From an uncultured Saccharofermentans sp. (GTDB taxonomy: Bacteria; Bacillota; Clostridia; Saccharofermentanales; UBA5734): DNA of 64,000 bases. The stretch lies in assembly GCA_963675845.1 (NCBI GenBank), contig OY776634.1, positions 1,431,605 through 1,495,604 on the forward strand. The letters run 5' to 3'. The notes beneath the pieces were generated by a model that saw only the letters and a program-made list of their open reading frames with translations, was not told where the DNA came from and searched no databases. Made by a program: the position numbers and the translations under genes. Of the stretch, positions 10,462 to 20,940 are shown piece by piece. Numbering within the stretch: the stretch's first letter is position 1; each line of letters starts with the position of its first letter.

Positions 10462-10615
10462 GGTCCGAACCTCCATTTGGGTTTCAGGACACGATCCGGC
10501 ACCAATCAGCCGCATGTGTTCATAGGTTGCAGAATAGCATAATAATTGCTAGAATACGATAGTTAGCGACATCATTTTATGATTTGTTCATGACTTTGTC
10601 AAATTGGGGTTAATT

Positions 10616-11089
10616 ATGTCATCGAATTGTACGGACAACATTAAGTCACTCAAGAAGCCCGATACTGGCTATATATTCAACTTTCGAGTTCGATACTACG
10701 AAACCGATGCCATGGGCATCGTGCACCATTCAAACTACATCCGCTGGTTTGAGGAAGCGAGAACCGAATACCTGCGAGCGGTTGATCTGCCATACAAGTC
10801 GCTGGAAGACAGCGGGGTGGCGATCCTGGTTACCGGGGTGCGCTGCCAATACAAACGGCCTTGCCAGTACGATGACCAGGTCAAAATCCAAACCTGGATT
10901 CAGGCATATAATGGTGTCCGCATGACCCTGGGTTATCGCATTTGGGTTGACGATGCACTGGTCAGCAGCGGCGAAACGGACCACGCCTTTTTAAAGGGCA
11001 GCCGTCCGGTCTCGATAGCCCGGGCAATGCCAAAAGCCCATGAGGTTTTCAGACAATGCTTTGCTGCGGACAGCAGTTTGAACCAGTGA
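10616..11089 (+). CDS. acyl-CoA thioesterase, YbgC/4HBT hot-dog family
   Basis: YYETDAMGIVHHSNYIRWFEEAR hot-dog catalytic region. ~157 aa. Start position is uncertain (10604 or 10616). Confidence 0.75.
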   Translation: MSSNCTDNIKSLKKPDTGYIFNFRVRYYETDAMGIVHHSNYIRWFEEARTEYLRAVDLPYKSLEDSGVAILVTGVRCQYKRPCQYDDQVKIQTWIQAYNGVRMTLGYRIWVDDALVSSGETDHAFLKGSRPVSIARAMPKAHEVFRQCFAADSSLNQ

Positions 11090-11129
11090 ATCCAATCAAC
11101 CGCCTCGAATCCTGATTGCCGGAGGAAGC

Positions 11130-14100
11130 ATGCGCATCCTTTACAGCCCCAGCCGAACGAGTCTTCGCAGCCAGTGTTTGAAGGAAGTGAAAAAGCTTGC
11201 TTTGAGCTATCCCGACCGGCGCGCTATTCTGGTTGTTCCCGAGCAAACCAAGATGGATATTGAAAAAGCGTTGACCCAGCTTCAGGACGAATCGGTCCTG
11301 ATGATGGTCGAGGTCTTGAGCTTTCGGCGCCTGGCTTGGCGTTTGCTGGGCGAAATCGGCCAGGTTTTGCAGGACGCCTTGAGTGACATCGGAAAGAATA
11401 TGCTGATTCACCGTATCCTGGACAACAACCGCGACCGGCTGCATACGTTTGGGCATCTGGCTGATAAGCCGGGGTTCATCCGTCAGGTGGCTGCGGCACT
11501 TGGCGATGTCAAACGCTACTGTATTGATGCCGGACAATTGGCCCAGGCAGCTGAGCAAACGGCCGATAAGGCGCTGCAGAACAAAACCCGGGATTTATCC
11601 GTTTTGCTGGAAGGCTATGACAACGCCATGCAGCAGCACGGTTACGGCGACGCCGAAGACGATCTCAACCGCTTGGGGCAGGTCTTGTCAGCGCTGCCAA
11701 ATCCCAGCCAAAACCCCTGGACCTGGCCGACTAACCGCCTGGCCTGGCTTTCGAATTGCAGCGTTTGGATCAGCGGTTTTGGAGAACTGCGCGATTTTAC
11801 GCCGCAGGAAGACGCCATCATTGAGCAGCTCGACCGATTGTGCCGGCAGTTGACGATCACCGTTGCCGCCGAGCATATCCCGATGGACAGCCTGTCGGTC
11901 GATCACGGCGCTGACTGCCTGCTGCATGGCCGCAAAACCGCGCGTCGTCTGCTGGCCAGCTTTCCGGACAGCCAACTTGAAAAACTGCCGTCTGACCATC
12001 AGGGGTTTCGCGCGGGCATCGCCAACGCCATCCGTGCGGGCATGTCGTGTCCCCGGCCAGACAATCCATCCGATTCGGGCTGGCTGCGCCTGGTGACTGG
12101 CGACAGTGTGGACGATGAATTGGATTATGTGGCCGGCCGGATCCGTCAACTGGTGCAGCAGGACGGATACCGCTACCAGGATATCGCCGTCGCTGCCTGC
12201 AGCATGCCGGCTTATTCCGGACCATTACGGGCAGCTTTTCGTAAATTTGGTATACCGCTCTTTCTCGACATCGGAAGACCTCTGATTGGAACCCCGCTGG
12301 CCAGATTTGTGCTGAGCCTATTGGACATTGGCCTTTACAACTGGCCGGTTTCAACGGTTGTATCCTGCTTGAGATGCGGCTTGACACCGCTTGACCGCGA
12401 CGAGATCGACCGACTTGAAAACGAGATGCTGGCGCGGGGCATCAACCGCTATGACCGCCTGATGGATGACACCCGGTATACTGACGGGGATCTGCCGGGA
12501 CTGCGTGACAAGGCGCTCAAGCCGGTCGGCGATCTCCTGAAAAATTTGGCTGGAACCCGCAAGGCGGCTGACAAGTGCCGTTTGCTCGTTGACTTTCTGG
12601 TTGAATACGGCGTTTTAGCCAAAATCGAGCGGTTATCTGCTGATCTGGCAGCCCGGGCGGATACCGAACCGGCTGTGACCCTGGTGCAGGCCTGGAATGA
12701 ACTGATTCAGGTGCTCGAGCAGATGACCAGCCTGGCCGGCGACACCCGGATGTCCCAGAAGACTTTTCGCGATCTTCTAGCATCCGGACTCGACTCAGCC
12801 GGATCCAACGTCATTCCGACTGCGATTGACCAGGTTTCGGCCGGCGAACTGCGCCGCGCGATGCTCCGCCAACCCAAAATCCTGTTTATCATCGGTGCAA
12901 AGGCATCCGAGCTGCCGCCGGCCCTGCCGCCGGAAGGCCTCCTGGGAGACCATGACCGGCAAACGCTGTCCGGACTAGTTGGCCACCAGTTGCCCAGCAG
13001 TGCCCGCGACCATGTCTTCTCTGACGCTTTTGTGATTTATACCCTGCTGACGCTGCCGACTGACTGCCTGGAGCTGACGGTTCCCGGTGAAGACGTTTCC
13101 GCCTGGTTTGCCTGGCTGGGCAAAGCAGCGCCATCATCTCTTATGCGACTCGGACCGGTGCAATCTGCCCAGGATCCGCGAATTAACGCTTTGCGTCCGG
13201 CCTTCGCAGCATTGCTGGGGCTGGGCCGGCAAACCCACCTGCCATTGGCTGAACAAGATCAATGGCTGGCTGTTGCCCGTGTTCTGGCTGATAGCGGACT
13301 GCCGGTGGATCGGGGGCTCACATGGCTTCTTGAAACCAAGAGCCAGGCATTTGATGCCGAGGTCAGGCTGCCTCAGGATTTGATCATGGCGCTGTACAAT
13401 GACCGGCCAGTCATGAGTGTTTCCCAACTGGAAGCCTATGCCAGTTGTCCTTACCTTCATTGGGCAAATTACCTGCTCAAGCTGCGAGAGCGTGATGTCT
13501 GGCAGCCGGAGGCGGCAGCAACCGGTACGCTGCTGCACCGGGTAATCGAGCTGGCGCTGGGCGCCCTGCGCGAAGAACTAGCCGGCCTGGATCCGGAGGA
13601 TGAACAAGCCCGCCAGGCACTGCTCGATAGCTGGCTGTCCCGTGATCTGGGCGGGCAGGTTGGTGTCTGGCTGGAAAAAGCCTGTGAGGCTGACCGGCTG
13701 CGTGTCTTTTTCGAGCGCGGGATCCGGGCGTCCGACGGGCGCCGTGCAGGCCGTTTGGCAGAATCGTCTCTTTCGGCGATCCTGCGCCAGTATGCCCAGG
13801 ACGACTATCGGCCTGCCTGGCTTGAGTGGAGCTTTGGCCCGCAAAAGGAAAACCAACTGACCATCCAGCTGGAGCCGGGTCTGACCATCGATTTCACCGG
13901 CCTGATTGACCGGGTTGACCAGCATCGGCTGGGGAGCGGTCAGGGCTTTCGGATCATCGACTATAAAAGCGGCGACAAGAAGGCTGACTATGAAGCGCTG
14001 TACCACGGGCTCGCCCTTCAGCTGCCGGCATACCTTGAAGCGTTTGGCCAGAGCAACAATAACCTGATTGCGGAGGACGCAGGATATTTTCAATTTTCAA

Positions 14101-14483
14101 GACCGATCCTGAACGTGTCGTCTGGCAGCCGACTTACTCCGGACGAAATCGAGGCGCAGCTGGACAAGCACTTTAAATTGAGAAGTCTGGACATGACACC
14201 GGACGAAATCTTATTGCTGCGTCGCCATACGCTGGACCAAATCAGACGCCTGGCTCAGGCCTTGCTGTCAGGCGAATTCGATATCGTCCCCAGAAAACTG
14301 AAATACCAGCCGTTGGCTTGTACTTACTGTGACATGAAGGCGGTTTGCGGAATTGATCTGGCTTCGGGCCATTGCCGTTTCCTGACCGCCTTTGGCGGGA
14401 AAGGCAAGAAGCAGCAGCTGGTCGACCAGATCCGCAGGGAGCTTGGAGAGGGGGATGACAGTCATGTTCGAACCGACACCTGA
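11130..14483 (+). CDS. addB: helicase-exonuclease AddAB subunit AddB (RexB)
   Basis: 1117 aa with N-terminal degenerate helicase-like region. The C-terminal nuclease has the Fe-S cysteine cluster (CPYLHW ... CTYCDMKAVCG). It lies directly upstream of and overlapping addA. Confidence 0.85.
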   Translation: MRILYSPSRTSLRSQCLKEVKKLALSYPDRRAILVVPEQTKMDIEKALTQLQDESVLMMVEVLSFRRLAWRLLGEIGQVLQDALSDIGKNMLIHRILDNNRDRLHTFGHLADKPGFIRQVAAALGDVKRYCIDAGQLAQAAEQTADKALQNKTRDLSVLLEGYDNAMQQHGYGDAEDDLNRLGQVLSALPNPSQNPWTWPTNRLAWLSNCSVWISGFGELRDFTPQEDAIIEQLDRLCRQLTITVAAEHIPMDSLSVDHGADCLLHGRKTARRLLASFPDSQLEKLPSDHQGFRAGIANAIRAGMSCPRPDNPSDSGWLRLVTGDSVDDELDYVAGRIRQLVQQDGYRYQDIAVAACSMPAYSGPLRAAFRKFGIPLFLDIGRPLIGTPLARFVLSLLDIGLYNWPVSTVVSCLRCGLTPLDRDEIDRLENEMLARGINRYDRLMDDTRYTDGDLPGLRDKALKPVGDLLKNLAGTRKAADKCRLLVDFLVEYGVLAKIERLSADLAARADTEPAVTLVQAWNELIQVLEQMTSLAGDTRMSQKTFRDLLASGLDSAGSNVIPTAIDQVSAGELRRAMLRQPKILFIIGAKASELPPALPPEGLLGDHDRQTLSGLVGHQLPSSARDHVFSDAFVIYTLLTLPTDCLELTVPGEDVSAWFAWLGKAAPSSLMRLGPVQSAQDPRINALRPAFAALLGLGRQTHLPLAEQDQWLAVARVLADSGLPVDRGLTWLLETKSQAFDAEVRLPQDLIMALYNDRPVMSVSQLEAYASCPYLHWANYLLKLRERDVWQPEAAATGTLLHRVIELALGALREELAGLDPEDEQARQALLDSWLSRDLGGQVGVWLEKACEADRLRVFFERGIRASDGRRAGRLAESSLSAILRQYAQDDYRPAWLEWSFGPQKENQLTIQLEPGLTIDFTGLIDRVDQHRLGSGQGFRIIDYKSGDKKADYEALYHGLALQLPAYLEAFGQSNNNLIAEDAGYFQFSRPILNVSSGSRLTPDEIEAQLDKHFKLRSLDMTPDEILLLRRHTLDQIRRLAQALLSGEFDIVPRKLKYQPLACTYCDMKAVCGIDLASGHCRFLTAFGGKGKKQQLVDQIRRELGEGDDSHVRTDT

Positions 14484-17400
14484 GCAACAGGCCGTCATAT
14501 CCGCTGAGCGCGGCAACATTCTGGTTTCGGCGGCAGCCGGTTCCGGCAAGACCGCTGTATTGACTGATCGGATCGTCAGTCGGATCGTTGAAGGCAAGCT
14601 GGACGTTCAGCATGTCTTGGTCATGACCTTCACGGAAGCTGCGGCCAGGAATATGAAGGACAAGATCGAAGATAAGCTGCGCGCTGCGTTGGAAGCCGAA
14701 CAACCTGCGGGTGTTCGCCAGCGCATTCTTCGCCAGCTGTCCTGGCTGACGGGTGCCAGGATATCGACGATTCACGCCTTTTGTCTGGATGTCATCCGCA
14801 ATTTCTACCATTGCCTGACCAATGACGATGGCTCGGCCGTGATCGAACCCGGGTTTTCGGTTGATGATGGTGTTGAAGCAGGTCTCTTGCTGCGGGAGGC
14901 GCTTGAAGAATACATGACAGCGCAGTACGAGCGCCTGGACAGAGCGGCAGATGGCGTTGCTGACGACTGCAGCCCGGACTGGCGCGACGCATTCTACCGC
15001 CTGGTGGACGGTTATGGCGGCGCGAAGAGCGACCAGCCGCTCCGGGAGCTGATTCTGAACCAGTTTCTTTTCTTGCGCAGTCTGCCGGATTACGATGCAC
15101 AGGCTACGCGCTGGCTCGCTGACCTAAAAGCCGCGATCAATGATTTTTCAAAAAGTCCCCATATGGCGGCGCTGATCCGCCACCTTGAGTTGCTGCTGGA
15201 TCGCGCCCTGGAACAACACTGCGAGATGCGGCATCTGCTGAACGGCGGCATCCGCTTCATCGCGGATGGTCAGCGCAACCAGGCGTACCACGACATGTTC
15301 GGTCATATTCTTAATACCCTGGAAAATCTGAGAAGTTATCTGGATCAGGGAGCAGTTGACTGGGACGAGATTCGTTCGATGACATCGGGTCTCGAGTCAA
15401 TCACCCTGCCCCGGGCGTCAAAAAACGACAGCGACGAGAAGAAGCGGTTCATGGAATTGTTTCTGCAGCATGCTGCAGAGGTTGTTCACCACCTGTCTGG
15501 CAGCTGCGGCACGTCGAAATGCAGTCAGTATTTTATATACAAGACTGAGCATACCTTCGGACTGCCGGCGTCACAAATCCAGGACGACCTGGCTGCCATG
15601 CTGCCCTCGATCCAGGTCCTGTTCGAACTGGTTCTCGGGCTGGATAACTTGTACAGCCAGAAGAAGCAGGCGCTGGGACTCATAGACTTCAGCGATTTCG
15701 AGCATCTGGCGATCGCGATCCTGCGCCAGCCGGAAGTCCGTGCTTACTACCGTCGGCAGTTCCATGAAATCTATGTGGATGAATATCAGGACACCAGCAG
15801 CATCCAGGAGGAGATCATCAGCCAGCTGGCCGATGACAACTGCCTGATGGTCGGGGACATCAAGCAGAGCATCTACCGCTTCCGCCATGCCAAACCGAAG
15901 ATCTTCATGGACAAAACCGATGCTTATAGAACAGGCGAACAGGGTATGCTTTGCGAACTGAACAAGAACTTCCGCAGCGTTTCCGGCATCCTGTCCGCGA
16001 CGAATTATGTTTTCTATCAGTTGATGTCCAAAGGTGCCGGCGAGATTGACTATGACGACCATCAGGCGCTGATCCAACACCGCGGCAATCCGATCGGCAG
16101 CGATGCGGCGGTTACACTGCTGCTGGTCAACCGCGCCGACGACAACGAAGTCAGCACCGAGGAGGAAGCCGATCCTGATTTGGGAGAAATGACAGCCGAC
16201 CTGGATCGCTACCAGGTTGAAGCCCTGGCTGCAGTCGCTGAGATGAAGCGTCTTCGCCAGCAAGGCATACCCTGGGGCGATATGGCCATTCTGACCCGAA
16301 CCCGTTCGATCGGCCAGGCCTGCAGAAAACAGTTGGAGCAATATGCTATTCCCGTGACCACAGATATGCCGGAGCCCTACCTGGATATGCCGATTGTCCG
16401 TCAGATGGAATCGCTGATCCACCTGCTCGACAATTTCCGCCAGGATATTCCGTTGGCATCTGTCATGCGCTCCGGGCTGTTCGACGGCGGGTTTTCAGAT
16501 GAGGAACTGGCCAGGATTCGTATGGCCAGCCAATCGCTGCAACCCCCCGTCCGTTATTTCCACGAGGCTATTCGTACCTACGCCGCTTCCGGCGACGATT
16601 CGGCGCTCAAAGCAAAAGTCCATGCGTTTCTGGACTGGATAGGAGATCTTCGAGATCGGGAACAGGTTTTGAGCCTTGGCGAATTGATCGGCGCGATTTA
16701 TGAAGACAGCGGTTGGCTGGACCGGCTCGCGGTGCTGGCGGACGGTCCGGTGAACATCAGGCGCCTGATCCAGTTCAGGACATGGGCTGAAGCCTTTGAG
16801 GCCAGACGCCCGCGCGGGCTGCATGCGTTTGCGGCCTATCTGACCAGTCTGCATGAGCGGGGCAAACTGGAATTGCCGGTTCAAGATGCCGGCGGAGCGC
16901 TTGACGCCGTTTCAATCATGACCATTCATGGCAGCAAGGGACTGGAGTTTCCCGTCGTCTTTTTGCTCGGCACAGCATATAACCTGACCCCCAAGGACAC
17001 GCTCGAGCACCTGCTGGTCAGCGAGACCCTGGGACTGGGCATGGATTATGTTGATCCGCAACGCCAGATCCGATACCCGACTCATTTCAAGCTGGCTATG
17101 GTCCAGCAGCTTCGCGCGCAAGGCCTGGCCGAAGAGCTGCGGCTCTTGTATGTCGCAATGACCCGGGCTATGGATCGCCTGATCCTGATCGGTTCGGTGA
17201 GCGTTTCTGAACAAAAAAAGGAGAAGCGGCTGGCGCGCCTGGTCAACCAGGCCCAAACCCAGTCGGCTCGTACGCTGCCCGACTATCTCGTTCTGGCAGG
17301 ATCCAGTTATCTCGACTGGCTGCTGATGGCTCTGGCTAGAGAACAAGTGCTGGATTGGGGATTTCTGCAGGACGAATCTTTTGAGCCCGGCCAAACCTGT

Positions 17401-18393
17401 TTTGATGACTGGCGGGTCGTCCGGTGCACCCTGGCTGCCATTTTGGCCGATCTTGACGGCTGGCAGGCTGCAGCCGCAAAGCCTGTGCCGGATAGCGAAT
17501 CAACCGACACGGTGGATCTGTTGAACAAAGCCCTCGGTGATGCGAAGGACTTGTCGCCGGTCGAAGCTGATCTGAAAGCCGCGGTTAAAATCCGGATGCT
17601 GGATCACTATCGATTTGATCGCTCCGCCAAAACCCCGCTCAAGCTGACAGTCAGCGAAATCAAGCGCCGTGAACAGAAGATACCGGATGAAGACCGGTCC
17701 GAAGACGGTGTACAGTACAATCCCCGGACAGATGACGAAAGTGATGACAATCCGCTCATGCGCGGGGTCAGCCTGGAACTAAACCAATGGCAGCAGGAAG
17801 ATACGGCGATAGCCGGCGAAATCTCGATGGATGCCGGCCGGCTGGGAACCCTTCTTCATGCGTTTTTCAGATATCTGGATCTGCAGCCACTGGTTGAAGA
17901 TCCCAGTACAGCACAGGTTGAAAAGCAGATCAGCCGCATGTGTGAAGTCGGGATGATTCAATCGCAAGAGGCAACTGTCCTGAAAGGGTTTGGGCCTGAA
18001 ATGAGCGCTTTTGCCGCATCCGGCCTGGCCCGGGCTATGCTGCGGGCGGAACAAAGCGAACCATTCAGGCTGTATCGGGAGATGCCATTCACCTTGTCCT
18101 TGCCGGCCAGTGCAGTCTATCCGGACTGCACCGGATTCGGCTCGGACGACAGCGTACTGGTTCAGGGAATGGTTGACTGCTGGTTTGAGGATGACAGTGG
18201 CATTACCCTAGTGGACTACAAATCGGACCAGCTTCGTCCGGATCCTGAATGGGTCCGAACGGCAATGGAAAAGCGGTACCGGATCCAGCTGGATTATTAT
18301 GCCCGGGCGGTCAGCAACGCGCTGGGCAAGCCGGTTGACCGCTGTCTGATCTGGCTGATCCGTCAGGGCCGGGCGATTGAGGTAAAAATCTGA
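14455..18393 (+). CDS. addA: helicase-exonuclease AddAB subunit AddA (UvrD-like helicase + RecB nuclease)
   Basis: Start at MTVMFEPTPEQ (a GGAGAGGGGG RBS precedes it). Walker A (AAAGSGKT), UvrD helicase motifs, and a C-terminal RecB-type nuclease (VDYKSD) are present. It overlaps the addB 3' end by ~29 nt. Confidence 0.9.
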   Translation: MTVMFEPTPEQQAVISAERGNILVSAAAGSGKTAVLTDRIVSRIVEGKLDVQHVLVMTFTEAAARNMKDKIEDKLRAALEAEQPAGVRQRILRQLSWLTGARISTIHAFCLDVIRNFYHCLTNDDGSAVIEPGFSVDDGVEAGLLLREALEEYMTAQYERLDRAADGVADDCSPDWRDAFYRLVDGYGGAKSDQPLRELILNQFLFLRSLPDYDAQATRWLADLKAAINDFSKSPHMAALIRHLELLLDRALEQHCEMRHLLNGGIRFIADGQRNQAYHDMFGHILNTLENLRSYLDQGAVDWDEIRSMTSGLESITLPRASKNDSDEKKRFMELFLQHAAEVVHHLSGSCGTSKCSQYFIYKTEHTFGLPASQIQDDLAAMLPSIQVLFELVLGLDNLYSQKKQALGLIDFSDFEHLAIAILRQPEVRAYYRRQFHEIYVDEYQDTSSIQEEIISQLADDNCLMVGDIKQSIYRFRHAKPKIFMDKTDAYRTGEQGMLCELNKNFRSVSGILSATNYVFYQLMSKGAGEIDYDDHQALIQHRGNPIGSDAAVTLLLVNRADDNEVSTEEEADPDLGEMTADLDRYQVEALAAVAEMKRLRQQGIPWGDMAILTRTRSIGQACRKQLEQYAIPVTTDMPEPYLDMPIVRQMESLIHLLDNFRQDIPLASVMRSGLFDGGFSDEELARIRMASQSLQPPVRYFHEAIRTYAASGDDSALKAKVHAFLDWIGDLRDREQVLSLGELIGAIYEDSGWLDRLAVLADGPVNIRRLIQFRTWAEAFEARRPRGLHAFAAYLTSLHERGKLELPVQDAGGALDAVSIMTIHGSKGLEFPVVFLLGTAYNLTPKDTLEHLLVSETLGLGMDYVDPQRQIRYPTHFKLAMVQQLRAQGLAEELRLLYVAMTRAMDRLILIGSVSVSEQKKEKRLARLVNQAQTQSARTLPDYLVLAGSSYLDWLLMALAREQVLDWGFLQDESFEPGQTCFDDWRVVRCTLAAILADLDGWQAAAAKPVPDSESTDTVDLLNKALGDAKDLSPVEADLKAAVKIRMLDHYRFDRSAKTPLKLTVSEIKRREQKIPDEDRSEDGVQYNPRTDDESDDNPLMRGVSLELNQWQQEDTAIAGEISMDAGRLGTLLHAFFRYLDLQPLVEDPSTAQVEKQISRMCEVGMIQSQEATVLKGFGPEMSAFAASGLARAMLRAEQSEPFRLYREMPFTLSLPASAVYPDCTGFGSDDSVLVQGMVDCWFEDDSGITLVDYKSDQLRPDPEWVRTAMEKRYRIQLDYYARAVSNALGKPVDRCLIWLIRQGRAIEVKI

Positions 18394-18971
18394 TGGATCG
18401 ATCAAAACCACCTTTGATTCAAAACGCATTGGGATTGTCACATGAATTGGTCGAAAAGGCGCTGGTTCAAGGCGACCGTGCCGTCGACGCGACCTGCGGC
18501 AACGGCCACGACACCCTGTTCCTGGCCAGGCTGGTCGGCCCGTCCGGCCAGGTCACGGGATTTGACATCCAGCCTGCCGCCATTGACCAAACGCGTCAGC
18601 GGCTCGAAGCCGCCGGACTGATGGACCGATGTGTATTGCATCGGCAAAGCCATGACCGGATGGCAGAGTGGGTCGGCTATGGTATCGCGGCCGTCATGTT
18701 CAACCTCGGATGGCTGCCCGGCGGTGACCATCGGCTCGGTACCCTGGCGAAAACGACCTTGCCGGCGCTTGAAGCGGCCTGTGACCTGATTCGTCCTGGC
18801 GGGATTGTCACGATCTGTATCTATTATGGTCGGGAAAGCGGTTTCGCGGAACGCGACAGCGTGCTTGAATGGGTTCGGGCATTGGACACAAACCGCTATG
18901 CCGTGCAGCAAACGGTGATGCCCAATGCGATTGATGCGCCGATCTTCATCGCGATTGAAAAGCTGACATGA
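18393..18971 (+). CDS. class I SAM-dependent methyltransferase, YtqB/putative rRNA methylase-like
   Basis: DATCGNGHDTLFLARLVG resembles the SAM-binding motif. Length is 192 aa. The ATG overlaps the addA stop (ATGA). Confidence 0.7.
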   Translation: MDRSKPPLIQNALGLSHELVEKALVQGDRAVDATCGNGHDTLFLARLVGPSGQVTGFDIQPAAIDQTRQRLEAAGLMDRCVLHRQSHDRMAEWVGYGIAAVMFNLGWLPGGDHRLGTLAKTTLPALEAACDLIRPGGIVTICIYYGRESGFAERDSVLEWVRALDTNRYAVQQTVMPNAIDAPIFIAIEKLT

Positions 18972-18974
18972 GAA

Positions 18975-19484
18975 TCAGGTATTTTCGGGCGGTGTTTTGA
19001 GCCTGGCAGCCCGGTATACAGACCGCCGACTGCCGCGGCTGCCGAGGGCTTTGTTCTGGCGGCGCTTGTGCCTGAAGTAGCGTTTGAGGATTTCAGAGCA
19101 GTCGGATGCCAGCACACCGGATTTCAGGCAAACAGCGTGATTTGACTTCAGGGTGAAAGCATTGGTGACCGAACCTGCGGCACCGGCTTTGGGATCGGCT
19201 GCGCCGAAAACAACCCGGTCAATCCTGGATTGAATGATTGCCCCGGCGCACATCAGGCAGGGTTCCAGTGTGACGTACAGCGTACAGCCCTCCAGACGCC
19301 AGCTGCCCAGCTTGCGGCAAGCCTGGCGGATGGCGGTCATCTCGGCATGCAGCGTGACGTCCTGCCTGGCTTCACGGGCATTGCGGCCGCGGGCAATGAT
19401 TTTACCATCCTTGACGATAACGGCGCCGATGGGCGTCTCATCCTCGGCTTCGGCCTTGGCAGCCTGACGCAGGGCAGCCTTCAT
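18975..19484 (-). CDS. tadA: tRNA-specific adenosine deaminase TadA
   Basis: HAEMTAIRQA ... TLEPCLMCAGAI zinc-binding CDA motifs. The start was chosen at the internal Met (MKAALRQA...), not the long N-terminally extended ORF. Confidence 0.85.
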   Translation of the reverse strand: MKAALRQAAKAEAEDETPIGAVIVKDGKIIARGRNAREARQDVTLHAEMTAIRQACRKLGSWRLEGCTLYVTLEPCLMCAGAIIQSRIDRVVFGAADPKAGAAGSVTNAFTLKSNHAVCLKSGVLASDCSEILKRYFRHKRRQNKALGSRGSRRSVYRAARLKTPPENT

Positions 19485-19501
19485 GTAGAACTGATCACTT
19501 C

Positions 19502-19927
19502 TCACTGTTCTTCGGCTAAGAGCCAGCCCATCACGAGTTCGACTGCCTGGCTTATCCTGACTGGCAGGTTCACATCCGGGACGCCGGCGACTTGAATGTG
19601 GCATTTGTTCAGCGGAACAACAATCTTCTGGGCACAGCTTTCCCCGATCGCGTTGGCCATGGCGGGGCTCAATTCGCCTAGCATGGACCCGGCAGTCAAT
19701 ATGCCGACCGGGCCGACAATCAGGTCTGCATGCCGGCAGTTGAAAATAACGGCCGATTCGCCGGACGCTCCTGCGTCAGCCCCTGCCTTGAGCATCTGCG
19801 CTGTTGCCATGGCATTGGTTCCGACCGCCAGCAGCTCAATCTGCTTCGGCCCGGCTTCACGGATTTTCTCAACCAGAGCCCGGCCGATTCCGCCGCCCTG
19901 GCCGTCAATGACGACTATTTTCTTCAC
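19502..19927 (-). CDS. DUF3842-family protein
   Basis: The 141-aa MKKIVVIDGQGGGIGRALVEKIRE... pattern recalls DUF3842. Recognised from memory only. Confidence 0.55.
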   Translation of the reverse strand: MKKIVVIDGQGGGIGRALVEKIREAGPKQIELLAVGTNAMATAQMLKAGADAGASGESAVIFNCRHADLIVGPVGILTAGSMLGELSPAMANAIGESCAQKIVVPLNKCHIQVAGVPDVNLPVRISQAVELVMGWLLAEEQ

Positions 19928-20042
19928 AAAACATGCTCCTCCTTGCCTTGCGGGTCGTTTGCACTTATAATATCATAATGTTGTAAGAGCAAGGCCTGCG
20001 AATTCGAATGCGACAGGCGATATTCTTAAAGGATGGTTAACT

Positions 20043-20801
20043 ATGGCTATCAAAGACGGTCGTTGCCCCAATTGCGGCTCAATTGTCCACCTCGATCCCA
20101 ATGCTGAAAAAGGCCATTGCATGTTTTGCGATGCGGTGTTTGACAACCAGCGGGCATTTGAAATCGCGGAGAATCCGGAGGGCGTTGAATTCCCCAATGA
20201 TCCCCAGCCACCGTACGACGGCCCGAACCTCCAGCCAGGCCGGTCAAATGGATCTGTCGCCAGGACGTCAGGTTCCGGCAAAAGCAAAAAGAAACAGCCG
20301 GCCAAGACCACTAAAACCGAGGTCGCAAAACCCAAAGAATACGTGATGAAAGAGCCGGTCAAGCTGCCGGACTTCAAGCTCTCAAAACCGGTCAAGCTCA
20401 AGATTGCCGGCATAATTCTGGCCGTTGTGATTATTCTGTCAGCTATTATGGCCCCGCTGATCATCAGCCGCGACGCTGTCCGCAGCGATCTGCTGGATTC
20501 AATGGGGACGCTTGCACCGTTTACGGTTGATACTGAGCGCGCGGTCGCCATCGAACGATTCTCCAACAGCTATCTGCTGGTTGCATCCGGCGATTCAATC
20601 AGCCAGGAAGATGCAATATCTTTCTTTATCGCTTTTTGCCAGAAACGGGCGGAGTTGATTGAGATCGACAGCACCCAAGCCAAAGCATATTCTGCCGTCA
20701 CCATGAAACTGGTCACCCCGGATGGCGGCTGGCTGATTAAAGAGCCAGTTGATCTGGCAGCGGTTGAAAGCGGCAGCGCAGTTAAACCTCTGGCGGAATA
20801 A
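20043..20801 (+). CDS. zinc-ribbon membrane protein (hypothetical)
   Basis: N-terminal CPNCG...CMFCD zinc ribbon, a low-complexity K/P-rich linker, one TM helix (IAGIILAVVIILSAIMAPLII), and a C-terminal ~110-aa extracytoplasmic domain. Confidence 0.6.
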   Translation: MAIKDGRCPNCGSIVHLDPNAEKGHCMFCDAVFDNQRAFEIAENPEGVEFPNDPQPPYDGPNLQPGRSNGSVARTSGSGKSKKKQPAKTTKTEVAKPKEYVMKEPVKLPDFKLSKPVKLKIAGIILAVVIILSAIMAPLIISRDAVRSDLLDSMGTLAPFTVDTERAVAIERFSNSYLLVASGDSISQEDAISFFIAFCQKRAELIEIDSTQAKAYSAVTMKLVTPDGGWLIKEPVDLAAVESGSAVKPLAE

Positions 20802-20886
20802 AATGCCCGGTGTGATCCAGCTGTAATGTTTGTTTTTAGTTTATTCATATTTGGGATTTAATATATCCAAACTGTTCTGATAAATT

Positions 20887-20916
20887 GGAGGTATAGCAAA
20901 GCATTGCTATACCTCC
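20887..20916 (+). terminator. perfect 13-bp-stem hairpin (GGAGGTATAGCAA-agc-TTGCTATACCTCC)
   Basis: Perfect inverted repeat read directly from the sequence. A second hairpin lies just downstream. Confidence 0.45.
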
Positions 20917-20940
20917 TTCTTTCATACTTTCTCCTCTGTT

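Noticed and set aside
9739-10542. 267-aa + strand ORF opposite plsC
   Set aside because: The - strand frame carries the diagnostic acyltransferase motifs HX4D and PEGTR. The + strand translation has none.
15571-16422. 283-aa - strand ORF inside addA
   Set aside because: It is antisense to addA, with no motifs. It is a GC-rich spurious frame.
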